Source of the DNA: Eledone cirrhosa | Lineage: Eukaryota | Direction: 5' to 3' | DNA length: 64,000 nt | Assembly (NCBI GenBank): GCA_964016885.1 | Contig: OZ024744.1 | Location: 53,320,001-53,384,000 of the forward strand | In this document: piece after piece, positions 13,070 to 27,210 of the stretch | How positions within the stretch are numbered: position 1 is the first letter of the stretch | Layout: the number at the start of each line of letters is the position of its first letter | Notes under the pieces: model-generated | Databases searched by the model: none | What the model saw: the letters and a program-made list of their open reading frames with translations, nothing else | What the model was told of the DNA's origin: nothing | Program-made: the position numbers and the translations under genes

Positions 13070-15779
13070 ATAAACAAATAGTAAAAAGGAAAAAAATACA
13101 GTAGAAATTGCTACTGGTATTTTTTCAGTATAACATCTAAACATTTATTTACAAAGTAGAGATTTCCGCATTTAATTGTGTACTGGTTTCAGCTTTATAT
13201 GCTTTTTCAACGGCGGAAGTGTATAGTGCAGTTAAATTACATATTAATACGAATAATAATAAAATGGAGAAAAACATTTTTAGTTTTTACATACATATTT
13301 AGGGAGGAAAATTCATACTTTTGTCTGTAGTTTTCTTTCATTCTCTGCTAGTGTTGGCCAACAGAGGTGTAGTAGTTTAAATTGTTGGCTTCGACTGTAG
13401 TGGTAGTAGTGGGGGTAGAAGGGGATGGAGAGGAAGGAGAAGTGGGGGAGGGGGGAAAGAAGAAAAAGACGAAATAGAAAAAAGCGACGAAGAAGAAGCG
13501 GGAGGGACAGGGGATAGGTGAGATAGTAATACCAGCGATATGGTAAGGAAGGGGAAGACGGAGAAGGGTTGGATGAAGCAGAAGGAGACATCAAGGAGCT
13601 GTAGTAGTTATAGTGTCACTATTAATAATGGTAAAGTGAGCTGTACGTGGGATTGGCTTAAATGATTGAGTGACCTTAGAGCTGACTGAGGAAGTCATTG
13701 TTTCTAAAAATATCTATATTGGTATTCCTGTCTGAAATACTGGCATTTTTAAATTGACCTGCAGTGTGGGTGTTTCTAACCTTCCAGCATTCACACCACT
13801 CCACATATATCACCATATTTTCATAGTAAAGGTTCCATCCTACATAATTATCTCACACAATATTGAGTCCATAAGACCCTGATATTACTCACTCCGAGAA
13901 CACCAGACCAATATCAGCATGAGCAGCCGGCCACAGCCAGCCTGAATTGAAGGAAGCTAGAGAACTCTTGCCGGACACGGCCGGTTCAAACGCCAATGGG
14001 TTAATTTGTCCAGGGTGCTAATTTTAAAGTTCTCCAGCTGCAGTTTCGTCCGAAGTAGATGCATTTAGAAGGGGTTCGTATTTGGCGATAAAGTGTGATT
14101 ACTTGCTAATGCGCTGGATGTAGGAAGTGTTGTCTTTAAATTTGTAGAAGGGAACGTTCTGAAATTGGGTTGTTCATTAGAGGCGCAGGTCGCAATGTGT
14201 TCACTCAGTGCTATTTTCCTGCATTCCCGTATTTTAATTTGGGATCTATGAACGGTCATACATTGACGAAGACTGTTTTTGGTCTCTCCCATGTAGTGCT
14301 CTCAACAGCCTGAGCAAGTCAACACATAAATCAGGTTTTCTGGTGCGCATGTGAAATTGTATTTCACTGTAAAGCGTTGACTCTGTTTGAAGTAGAACTA
14401 CAATCCCTCTATTAGGTTGATACATACACCACAGTTGAGTCTTCCGCATTTTTTTTCACTGTAGGGTTCATTGTGAGGGTCAGCTGGACTTTGGCCTGTG
14501 TAAGGATGTTTTTCATTGATTTGTGTTATCTTTCGCTCTTTATAATATTGTGCGTTTGAAGGATTTGATTCTCTCTTAGGTCTCTTTTTAGTAAATGTAT
14601 GTTCTGGAGGATGGCGTTAAGGGGGTTGTGTGTGGAGATGTATGGTAGAGCTTTCAGTTTCGATTCATTCTTTTTAGTTTGGGGTGTCTCAGTTCATAGA
14701 TACTGAGTTTTAGGGCATGTTGGAATCCATTGTTAATTAGGGATTGTGGGTAATTCCTGCTTATGAGTGTGTCCATTAATTTTTCTAGTCGTATATAGCA
14801 GGTGTTTCTATCAGATACTATTGTACAGATCCTTTTGGCTAGGTTGTAAGGGATGTTCATTTTGGAGTGTCTCGGGTGACATGAGTTGAATGGAAGATAT
14901 TGTTTAGAGTCTGTTGGCTTATAGTATATGACTGTTTCTATTTTGCTGTTAGTTTTCTTTATAAGGATGTCGAGGAAAGGAAGTTCCTCATGGCTGTATT
15001 CCATTGTAAATTGAATGTTTGTGTTGAGTCCATTTAGAAATGCTTTAAATTCGATAAATCTTTCCATACTTTCATACCAGAGAATGAAACAACCATCCAG
15101 ATATCTCTTCCAGTTTTTTCTATGTGGGGGTAGAAAGAGTTTCCGTATTTATCTAGTACTTTTCGGTAGAGGGTGATTTCCAAGTATTCAATAACAAGAT
15201 TGGCGGTTTTCGTGCACATGTCAGTCACAGATTTCTGCCTGTAGAATTTGGCATTGAATTCGAAGTAGTTATTCTCCAAGATAAATTTGAACCCTTCTAT
15301 TACGAATTCTTTTATGATGCGGTGTGGGAGATCATTGGGGTAATTTTCTAACCAGAATTGGATTGCTTCTATTGCTAGGTTGTGTGGGTTATTGGAATAT
15401 ATGTTGACTTTCATCAAAAGAAACTAGTATGATCGTTCATAGATCCCAAATCAAAATACAGGAATACAGAAAAATAGCTCTGAGTGAACACATTGTGACC
15501 TGCGCCTCTAATGAAAAATCCAATTTCAGAAATATGAAATTTCCTCTCTAAATATGTATGTAAAAACTAAACATTTTTTCTCCATTATATTATTATTCGT
15601 ATCAATATGCAATTTAACTGCACCAAACACTTCCGCCGTTGAAAAAGAATGCAAAGATGAAACCGCGACACAATTAAATACGGAAATCTCTACTTCGTAA
15701 ATAAATGTTTTGATGTTATACTAAAAAAAATCCCTCTAGCATTTTCTACTGTATTTCTTTCCTTTTTACTATTTGTTTT

Positions 15780-15783
<4 letters not shown>
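13070..15783 (-). mobile_element. Penelope-like element 1 (degenerate RT + GIY-YIG) with an inverted copy of its 3' end
   Basis: Fragments 15034-15417, 14654-15067 (LPFLDI, YYKPTDSKQYL..SCHP) and 14065-14292 (GET..LRQCMTVH). 15533-15783 is the reverse complement of about 13070-13318, and 15432-15530 is the reverse complement of about 14160-14258. (TA)n on both flanks. Confidence 0.9.
13178..13214 (-). ncRNA. Degenerate hammerhead (U3-A8) in the PLE1 terminus
   Basis: Minus strand reads UUGAAAA-AGC(AUAUAAA)GCU-GAAA-CCAG-UA. Helix I is poor, and the inverted copy at about 15636-15672 is more decayed. Confidence 0.5.
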
Positions 15784-15813
<30 letters not shown>

Positions 15814-15858
15814 ACTGGAGTCTTATTTTTTTAAATAATATATATATTTATTTGGTTC

Positions 15859-15894
15859 CTTTACCGGTTTCGCAGTTCTTCTGCTTTTCAAAAG
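15859..15894 (-). ncRNA. Minimal type I hammerhead ribozyme, U3-A8 core variant
   Basis: Minus strand reads CUU-UUGAAAA-GCAG(AAGAA)CUGC-GAAA-CCGG-UA-AAG. It is sense to the PLE ORF and lies at its 3' end. Confidence 0.8.
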
Positions 15895-16109
15895 TAGAGT
15901 TGAGATGGAGGGTCTGTGGTTTTTCTCACATCTGGTTGGTCTCTCAATATTACTTGTTTTATATGGAAAAAGTGGGTCGAAATGCCAGGTTTTTCGAGAA
16001 GTAATTTGATTGGTTGGTCAATAATTATAATAAATTTCACGCCAGTTCGCGTTACAATAGTTCTTCAAATAAGAGGGGGGGGGGGGTGTCACAGGTTGTT
16101 TTTTTCATA

Positions 16110-16745
16110 TATGTGTGTTTGAATTTGTTTTACTTGAAAAAAGGGGCTCACGAAGGCTTTTTTTTGGTTGGTTATAAATGAAATTATGGCTGTCACGTGA
16201 ACAAGTTTTCATTAAATTTTCGCGCCCTTATTTGGAAATCCATTCTGTAGCCTTTTTAGAGAATTTTATGATAAGTAAAAGATAATGGTCAAGAGAAATG
16301 GGATGGGAGAATTGTTCTGGTTCATTGAATATGGTTAGTTCGCTGGGGTGTCAGAATTCAGATTTTCTATTGAATAAAGAAAGTAAAGATATGTATGTTT
16401 ATTTGTGTGCTTGTGTGTGTGTGCGTGTGAGTGTGTGTGTGTTGTGTGTGTGTGTTTGAATTTCTTTTTACTTAAAAAAAAGGTGGCTCACAAAGGCTTC
16501 TTTTAATAAACGTAATTTGATTGGTTATAAATGAAATTTGGCTGTCACGTGAACAAATTTTCATTATATTTTCGCGCCCTTATTTGGAAATCTATTCTGT
16601 AGCCTTTATAGAGAATGTTATGACAAGGGAAAGATAGTGGTCAAGAGAAATGGGATGGGAGAATTGTTCTGGTTCAGTGAATATGGTTAGTTCGCTGGGG
16701 TGTCAAATTTCAGATTTTCTATTGAAGTAAAGATATGTATGTTTA

Positions 16746-16770
<25 letters not shown>
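16110..16770. repeat. ~350-bp tandem duplication inside the PLE2 3' UTR/pLTR
   Basis: CTGTCACGTGAACAA recurs at about 16190/16542 and GAGAAATGGGATGGG at about 16293/16646. Confidence 0.85.
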
Positions 16771-16776
<6 letters not shown>

Positions 16777-17000
16777 CTATTAGTAGAAATGGGGGAGGGA
16801 GTTGTGTATATGGGTGTTATGTGTGTGTGTGCGAGTATGTTAAGATGGAGAGAATATATATTTTGTGTGTGTGTATATATGTGTGTAGGAAAGTGGTTCT
16901 ATTAGTAGAAATAGGGGAGGGAGTTGTGGGTGTGGGGGTTGTTATGTGTGTGTATGGGTGTTATGTGTGTGGGAGTATGGTTAGCATGTTAAGATGAAGA

Positions 17001-17047
<47 letters not shown>

Positions 17048-17253
17048 GTGTGTGTGTGTGTGTGTAGAAAAATGATTCCTTTAGTAGGAATATTTGTGAA
17101 TGAACATATTTTTCTTACTTCTTCGTATTTGTTCTGTCGTATTGTCAGTGCAAACGTATGTTAAGGTTTATTTAGTTCGGGTTTTTATTTTCTAAAGTAG
17201 ACGGTGTTATGTGTGTGTGTGTGTGTCATATTATGGTGTTGACATAATGTATA

Positions 17254-20200
17254 TTAAACCATACTTAATGCTGGTCTATATTTTTGAATAAACATATTCT
17301 CCTTATTTATTCGTATTTGTTCTGTTGCATTGTTAGCGCAAAGGTAAAATGGGAAGACTTGGAATTTGGGTGTCTTATTACTTGCGCAAATGTCTAGATA
17401 TGCACTTAGTGGTATCTGTCTCGTGGTTGGATCTCGTAATTGTTGGCGATGAACTGTCATTCTGTTTCTGAGTGTGAGTTTAGTCTGTCCTATATAATCT
17501 TCATTGCATCCTTTACATTTAAGGCATTAATTAGATTTTTTGATGAGCAAGTGATTTTTTACAGTAAAATTTTGTCCTGATTTAAATGTATACGTGTTGC
17601 CTTCAATGAGGTGAGTGCAGGTTCCACAATTAGAGCGACCACATTTTTTAATACTTGGTTGTGGGTTTGTGGTAGGTAATTTGGCATTGGTGAGTAATGT
17701 TTTCAGTGATTTTGGTTGTCTTTTGCTTTTGATTATTTTGTGTGTTTCAAGGGCTTTTTTCATTCTTGGGTCTTGTTTTAGTAATGGGATGTTCTTGTGA
17801 ATAGTGTTGTAAGCTTCCGCATTTCTTAGGTTGTGTGTTGAGATATATGATAGAATATTGGACGTACCTTGAATTTGTTTCTGTTTTCGTAATTCATCAA
17901 TGCCTATTGCTTTAGCCCTTTCTATTCCATTATTTATTAGTAATAGTGGGTACTCTCTCTCAAGTAGAATTTCCTTTAATTCTTGAAGTCTTTTATTTCA
18001 CGTTTCTTAATTGGAGACAATTGTGCAAATTCTTCTTGCTAGGTTAAAAGGAATGTTCATCTTCGTGTGCTTTGGATGGTTGGAGGTGAATAGCAGATAT
18101 TGTTTGGAATCTGTTAGTTTGTAGTGTATGTCAGTTTCGATATTTGTGTCTTTTTTTAAGATTAAGATGTCCAGAAATGGGAGTTGATCTTGGCTGTATT
18201 CCATTGTGAATTGGATATGGTTATTGATGCCGTTTATTAAGCTTTTGAAATCCTTCAGTTGGTCGAGTGTGTGGGACCAAAGTATGAGACAATCATCCAA
18301 GTAGCGTTTCCAATTCTCTGATAAATATTTGTGGAAGTTCAATCCGTATATTGATTTGGACCGTTCAGATATCTGGACTTCTAAGTATGCCATGACTAAG
18401 TTGGCATAAGTTGGAGCGGCTTTTGTACCCATCGCAGTCCCCGATATTTGCTTGTAAGTATTGCCATCGAAATCAAAAAAGTTGTTCTGTAAGATAAATT
18501 TTAATCCCTCGGTGATGAAGCTTTTTTCTATTCTGTCAGGTATCTCATTGGGATATTTCTCTAGCCAGAATCCTATTGCTTCTAGTCCGTATTGGTGTGG
18601 GATCGTTGTGTAGAGATTTACTACATCGAAAGACACAATAATAGTGTCGTTGTTGACATGTTTGGGGAGGTGGTTTAAGAGGTCAAGATCGTTTCTTACA
18701 AGGCTTGGTATGTGTTTGAGAATTGGTTTCAGTAGTATGTCTATAAAGTTGCTCAGTCTGTGTGTTTCACATTGTGGGCTCGCTACAATTGGTCTTAATT
18801 TAAGGTCTGTGGGGTATTGTGTGTTCACTCAGGCTGAGGTGGATTGTTTACAGGCATCGTTAATTATTTTACACTCGTGGATCTTCGGAAGTCCGTAAAG
18901 GTTGCTGGTTTTGTATTCAAAATTTGTTAAATAATCGCGTTCCTTTTTAGTTAGGTCTTCCTGGTATCGATAAATCATCATGTTTAATCTGGTCATTATT
19001 TTTGATTGCTGGTAGTTTTTTACTCTTTCATAGTAATTAGTATTTTGTAAGAGAGAGAACATAGAATTTTTATATTTTTCAGCCTCCATAATGACAACAG
19101 TAGTTCCCTTGTCCGCTTCCTTAATTATAATGTCCGTATTGTTTTTTAGTTCATGGATAATCTCCCATTCCCTTCGACTCGTGTTGGGTTTGGGTTTAGG
19201 TTGCGGTAGTTCATGGTATGGGAAGGTAGCTATGTGGTCACACAATTTGTCCAGAACTCTGTTTCTACCTTTTGTTGGGTTGTAGCTGCTTTTATTCCGT
19301 ACAATTGATTCGTCGTTATTCTCTTTGTCAAAGAATTCCTCTGTGAGACGTAATTTTCTACAGAAGTGCGAGATATCGTCATTTATCTCATTGGGGTTAG
19401 AGTATTGTGGTGTTGGTGTGAATTTCAGTCCTTTGGAGATAATTTTTACTTGTTGGGCTGAGAGGTTTGTATTTGAAAGGTTGATTATTTTCGGTTTTTC
19501 AAAATCGGTTTGTGCCACCGGGTGTCGTGAGTCCTGTAGCCTTGGTCTAAAAAAATGATTTTTCTGGAATGTTTTTTCAATGGTATTATTATATATAATG
19601 GTATTTCCTCTGTTGTTGTGTGGTCTTGTATAGAAGTTTCGGACGTATTGAGGTTCGGTTTGTTGATAGTCCGGGTTGTAGATTTTGTTCCTCTGTGTGG
19701 GTTGGGATCTACGATTTTGGAACAGGCTCTGTGTGGGCAGGGGTCTACGGTTTGGGAATAGGTTTTGTGTGGGTTGTGATCTGCGGATAGGGTCCTGCCT
19801 TGTGTTCGGGGATCTTTGGTTTTTGTTAGTAGGGTTATAGTTTTGTCTATGGTTTCTGGGATTATCGTTATAGTTTTGCTGGGGGTATGTTGGACGTTTT
19901 GTTACTTTTTTCGTTATTTGTTGTGCATGTGGTGTGTGAGTTTTAGTTTGTTTTAAAAATGGGTTAGCTGTATGTTGTTCATTTTTGAAGTCCATTTCGT
20001 AGTTGTTGAACCAGGTGGCGTTTTTTTCCCATCGCTGGAGGGATGTTAGTTCTTCATCGTCACAGTTTTCTTTCCAAAGTTTTAGGGTTTTTTGTAGAGT
20101 AGGCCTTCAGAGTACTTTTAGATTTCTGTGTCCATCTGTTGGTCGAGTGACTTGAACTTTTCTTCGTTGGAGATGGCTCTTAATCGCAACAGTTCTATTT

Positions 20201-20340
20201 CTGTTTTAAATTTTTCCAACGCCATCTTTTCCATAAGTCTTTGTTGGTTTTCTGGTTCATTCGGGATGGGTTTTATTTGTAGTTTTTTGGGGAGGATGAT
20301 TGGGGTAGAGTTTAGCCACTTTTCATATATGTCTGCCTTG
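17254..20340 (-). pseudogene. PLE RT/GIY-YIG polyprotein with stops and frameshifts
   Basis: ORF pieces 20118-20340, 18829-19995, 18007-18828, 17527-17763 and 17254-17460. Confidence 0.9.
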
Positions 20341-21121
20341 CCATTATTTTTTAGGAGATTCCAAGGGCAAATTTGCGGGCTGCGAGCTTTTGAGTCCACA
20401 TTCTCTATAAAGGCTACAGAATAGATTTCCAAATAAGGGCGCGAAAATGTAATGAAAACTTGCTCACGTGACAGCCAAATTTCATTTATAACCAATCAAA
20501 TTACGTTTATTAAAAGAAAGCCTTCGTGAGCCACCTTTTTTTTAAGTAAAAAGAAATTCAAACACAAGACACACACACACACACATGCACACACACACAC
20601 ACAAGCACACAAATAAACATACATATCTTTACTTTCTTTATTCAATAGAAAATCTGAATTCTGACACCCCAGCAAACTAACCATATTCACTGAACCAGAA
20701 CAATTCTCCCATCCCATTTCTCTTGACCATTATCTTTTACTTATCATAAAATTCTCTAAAAAGGCTACAGAATGGATTTCCAAATAAGGGCGCGAAAATT
20801 TAATGAAAACTTGTTCATGTGACAGCCATAATTTCATTTATAACCAACCAAAAAAAAAGCCTTTGTGAGCCCCTTTTTTTAAGTAAAAAGAAATTCAAAC
20901 ACACATATATGAAAAAAACAACCTGTGACACCCCCACCCCCTCTTATTTGAAGAACTATTGTAACGCGAACTGGCGCGAAATTTATTATAATTATTGACC
21001 AACCAATCAAATTACTTCTCGAAAAACCTGGCATTTCGAGCCACTTTTTCCATATAAAACAAGTAACATTCAGAGACCAACCAGATGTGAGAAAAACCAC
21101 AGACCCTCCATCTCAACTCTA

Positions 21122-21157
21122 CTTTTGAAAAGCAGAAGAACTGCGAAACCGGTAAAG
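21122..21157 (+). ncRNA. Minimal type I hammerhead ribozyme, U3-A8 variant (inverted pLTR copy)
   Basis: CTT TTGAAAA GCAG AAGAA CTGC GAAA CCGG TA AAG, identical to the copy at 15859-15894. Confidence 0.8.
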
Positions 21158-21293
21158 GAACCAAATAAATATATATATATTTTTTAAAAATAAGACTCCA
21201 GTTGCATTTTCGATTTCATCTCTTTTTCTTTATACTTTCACTCGTGTAGGACACCTCCGTTATTTTTCAATTTGTAAAAAAAACCTCACTTTC

Positions 21294-21387
<94 letters not shown>

Positions 21388-21946
21388 GAGAGAGAGAGGG
21401 GGCGCGAGAGAGGGAGAAAGAGAGGGAGATGCATATTTATGTGTTTGTATATTTACACACACACACACACGCACACACGCAGAATTATATACAGGTAAAA
21501 GCCACGAAGTATAAATAAGGTGGTAGAAGAGAGGAACAGTAGAACAACGTGTGAGGATCAACATTGTAAACAAAAGGGAAATATCAGTGGGCAAAATATT
21601 TGTACAATAAACCTGTCTCTCTAAGTATATATATATATATAGTTATTGAAACGTTCTGTACATTTTACTCTTTATTCGTGTAGCTTTTAGTTTTAGGTGT
21701 TTGTCACATTTGATCTAATCTCACGCTGATGATGACTACGGATTATCTGTTACAAACATAATTCCCAGAGCGAAACAGATTAAATCTCTAATTTGTCAGG
21801 GAGATGAAATAGTTATTGAAACGGTGTGTACATTTTACTCTTTATCCTGTATTTTCCGTTTGCTTCAGGTTAAATCTGTCAAACCAACGTGGTACCTCAA
21901 CCCTCGTAATTTTAAACACACAATTTACTGTCTTTATTACTTCATA

Positions 21947-25362
<3,416 letters not shown>

Positions 25363-27192
25363 GAATGCCATGGTTGACGGAGCCTCGGCTCTGTAAGTTA
25401 TTGTAAATTTTGACTGCTATAACAATTGTAAATTGTTTAAAACTTTAACCAAATTGTAGACAAAAACACCCTCCTCCTCGTGAGAGGGGTCTTTCTGTCC
25501 GTTATTTGGCCCTTCGAGGTTAAATAACCGCTTATTAGGGTTTTGTGCCCAATATTTATTTTAAACCCAAAAAAAACATGGCTACGAAAAAGAATTTTCA
25601 CAAGTCACTCCCACTCATTCCGTCTTCTTCTTCCTCAATCGTCACTACAGCAGTGAGAAGATTGTCTCTCTCCCACCCTTCTCAAAATGTGTCTCTGCCT
25701 CCCTTCTCTTTCGCAAGCGACGCCAGTAAAGAAAAATAGTTTCCAAAATCACGTGCAAAACATGGAACATTTCTCCACGACAACGACGAAAAAGGTGTGC
25801 GGTAAATACGAAAACCCATTTCATTCGTCTGACGTCTTGAATAATAGCAGTAGCAGCCGTAATAACAGCAGCAGCAGCAACAGTGACAAGGAAAACAACA
25901 GTAGCAGCCGCAACAGCATCAGCATCAGCATAAACAACAAAAGCACTAGCAGCAACGGCAACAACAACAGCAGCAGCAGCAATGGCAACAACAACCACAG
26001 CAACAGAGGCGGCGGCAGTAGTCGTAGTACCTGCAGGAACAACAAAAGTAACAGTATCTCTGACGACAAGAACAACAACAACAACAACAGCAGCAAAGAA
26101 AAACCAATCTCGTTTGCAGGTATCGCAAAGAACCTGGAAACCATCCTCATAACAAATGAGGAATTACAGGAAGCAAAGAAGATGGTTACGAAAACCGGAC
26201 ACCGAGCAATCTGCAAGGCAGCCGAAAAATATTTCGAAACCCAACAACACTGTACGGTCACGTACCGTACAGTAAGCGCAAAATCCCGTAGGGTTGAAAG
26301 AACCACAGAGGCTCAAATACAGAAAGCCTTAGGGTCTGTGTGGCAGCGGAAAACGCACATCACCCGAGGCAAAAAATATGCCACCGTAGACGTGCTTTTT
26401 GCCACACCCCAGGAGGCTAAGGCTCAATCCTTAGTGGTCCTAAGGAACGAGGAAATGGTGTTGGTTCCCTCCTACTGCGGGCAAAAAATGGTGAGGGTCA
26501 AACTGACCCACGTCCCCCCCGGGATGGCCCCTTCTTGGCTGGCCACGTCTGTCCTCGTCGGAATCGAGGACAAAACAACTGTACTGCAAGTACAGAAAAA
26601 AGTAGAGAAGATTGGGTCGGCACCTCAATTGAGATGTTAATCCAAACCAACCAGGAGTGCATCGAAGCTATCCCGGACGTGATAGACTTCGATAACGGCA
26701 CTCAACTGCCCATAAGTGTTGAGGGCAAACGCCCGAAATGCTTTCGCTATGGATCGTAGACTCACCTCAGGGACTTCTGAAACGAGAAGACCCTGATAAA
26801 CGAGAAAACCCCCCTCCTTCCGAAACCGGCTCTACTGCTACCAGCAACAGGACAAGCGGCAACCAGGAACGATAGGTCCGTGGCACCCATACCCACGCCA
26901 CGGAAATCAAGAACAGCAGCAGCAGTGGAAGTATTAACAACAACAATCAGTAATACCAACTGCAGCTGCAACAGAGACTCCACTGCAAACATCACCAACA
27001 ACAACAAGTGAAAGAGTGGAGCTGGTACCCCTCCCCGACCTCACAGAATCAAACATGGAGTGTGAGGTGGGAGAGGGATGGCAAAAGGTCGCAAGAAGGC
27101 ACAAACGCAGAAGCAGCGCATCGTCGCCTTCGAAAAGGGAGGAAAGAAATGAAAAAAGGGTAAAGACTACTGCAAAGAGATTCACAGTTTGC
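25363..27192 (+). mobile_element. 5' UTR + ORF1 of a second Tx1-like family (Tx1-B), cut off at an ATT tract
   Basis: ORF 25687-26640 has an N/S-rich N-terminus, then SFAGIAK..CTVTYRT..QIQKALG.VW..LVPSYCGQ, homologous to but diverged from Tx1-A ORF1. Decayed knuckle at about 26738. Its 5' UTR differs from 30732-30944. Confidence 0.85.
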
Positions 27193-27210
27193 ATTATTAT
27201 TATTATTATT

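Larger units (their letters stand above)
15811..21297 (-). mobile_element. Penelope-like element 2 (Cys-linker, Neptune-like) with an ~800-bp inverted pseudo-LTR
   Basis: Broken ORF at about 17254-20340. Motifs SKGLKFTPTP, IKEADKG, YGLPKIH, LRPIV, FDVVNLYT, GTAMGTKAAPTYANL, RYLDD, LPFLDI, CGRSNCGTC, CKGC..YIGQT. 20398-21201 is the reverse complement of 15812-16618. (TA)n flanks. Confidence 0.93.

Noticed and set aside
18829-18831. In-frame TGA in the PLE2 ORF as a selenocysteine codon (as in Naiad PLEs)
   Set aside because: This element has a C-terminal GIY-YIG and other stops and frameshifts, and I see no SECIS. Ordinary decay is the simpler explanation.
21722-21830. Hammerhead-like CUGAUGA-UGACUA..UAGUUA-UU-GAAAC with a partial direct repeat at 21641
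   Set aside because: Extra bases before GAAA and no valid NUH triplet in this copy. It is at best a decayed pLTR relic.
25465-25500. HDV-like motif CUCCUCCUCGUGAG in the Tx1-B 5' UTR
   Set aside because: No matching P1 strand upstream and no P1.1/J4-2; it looks like a simple hairpin.
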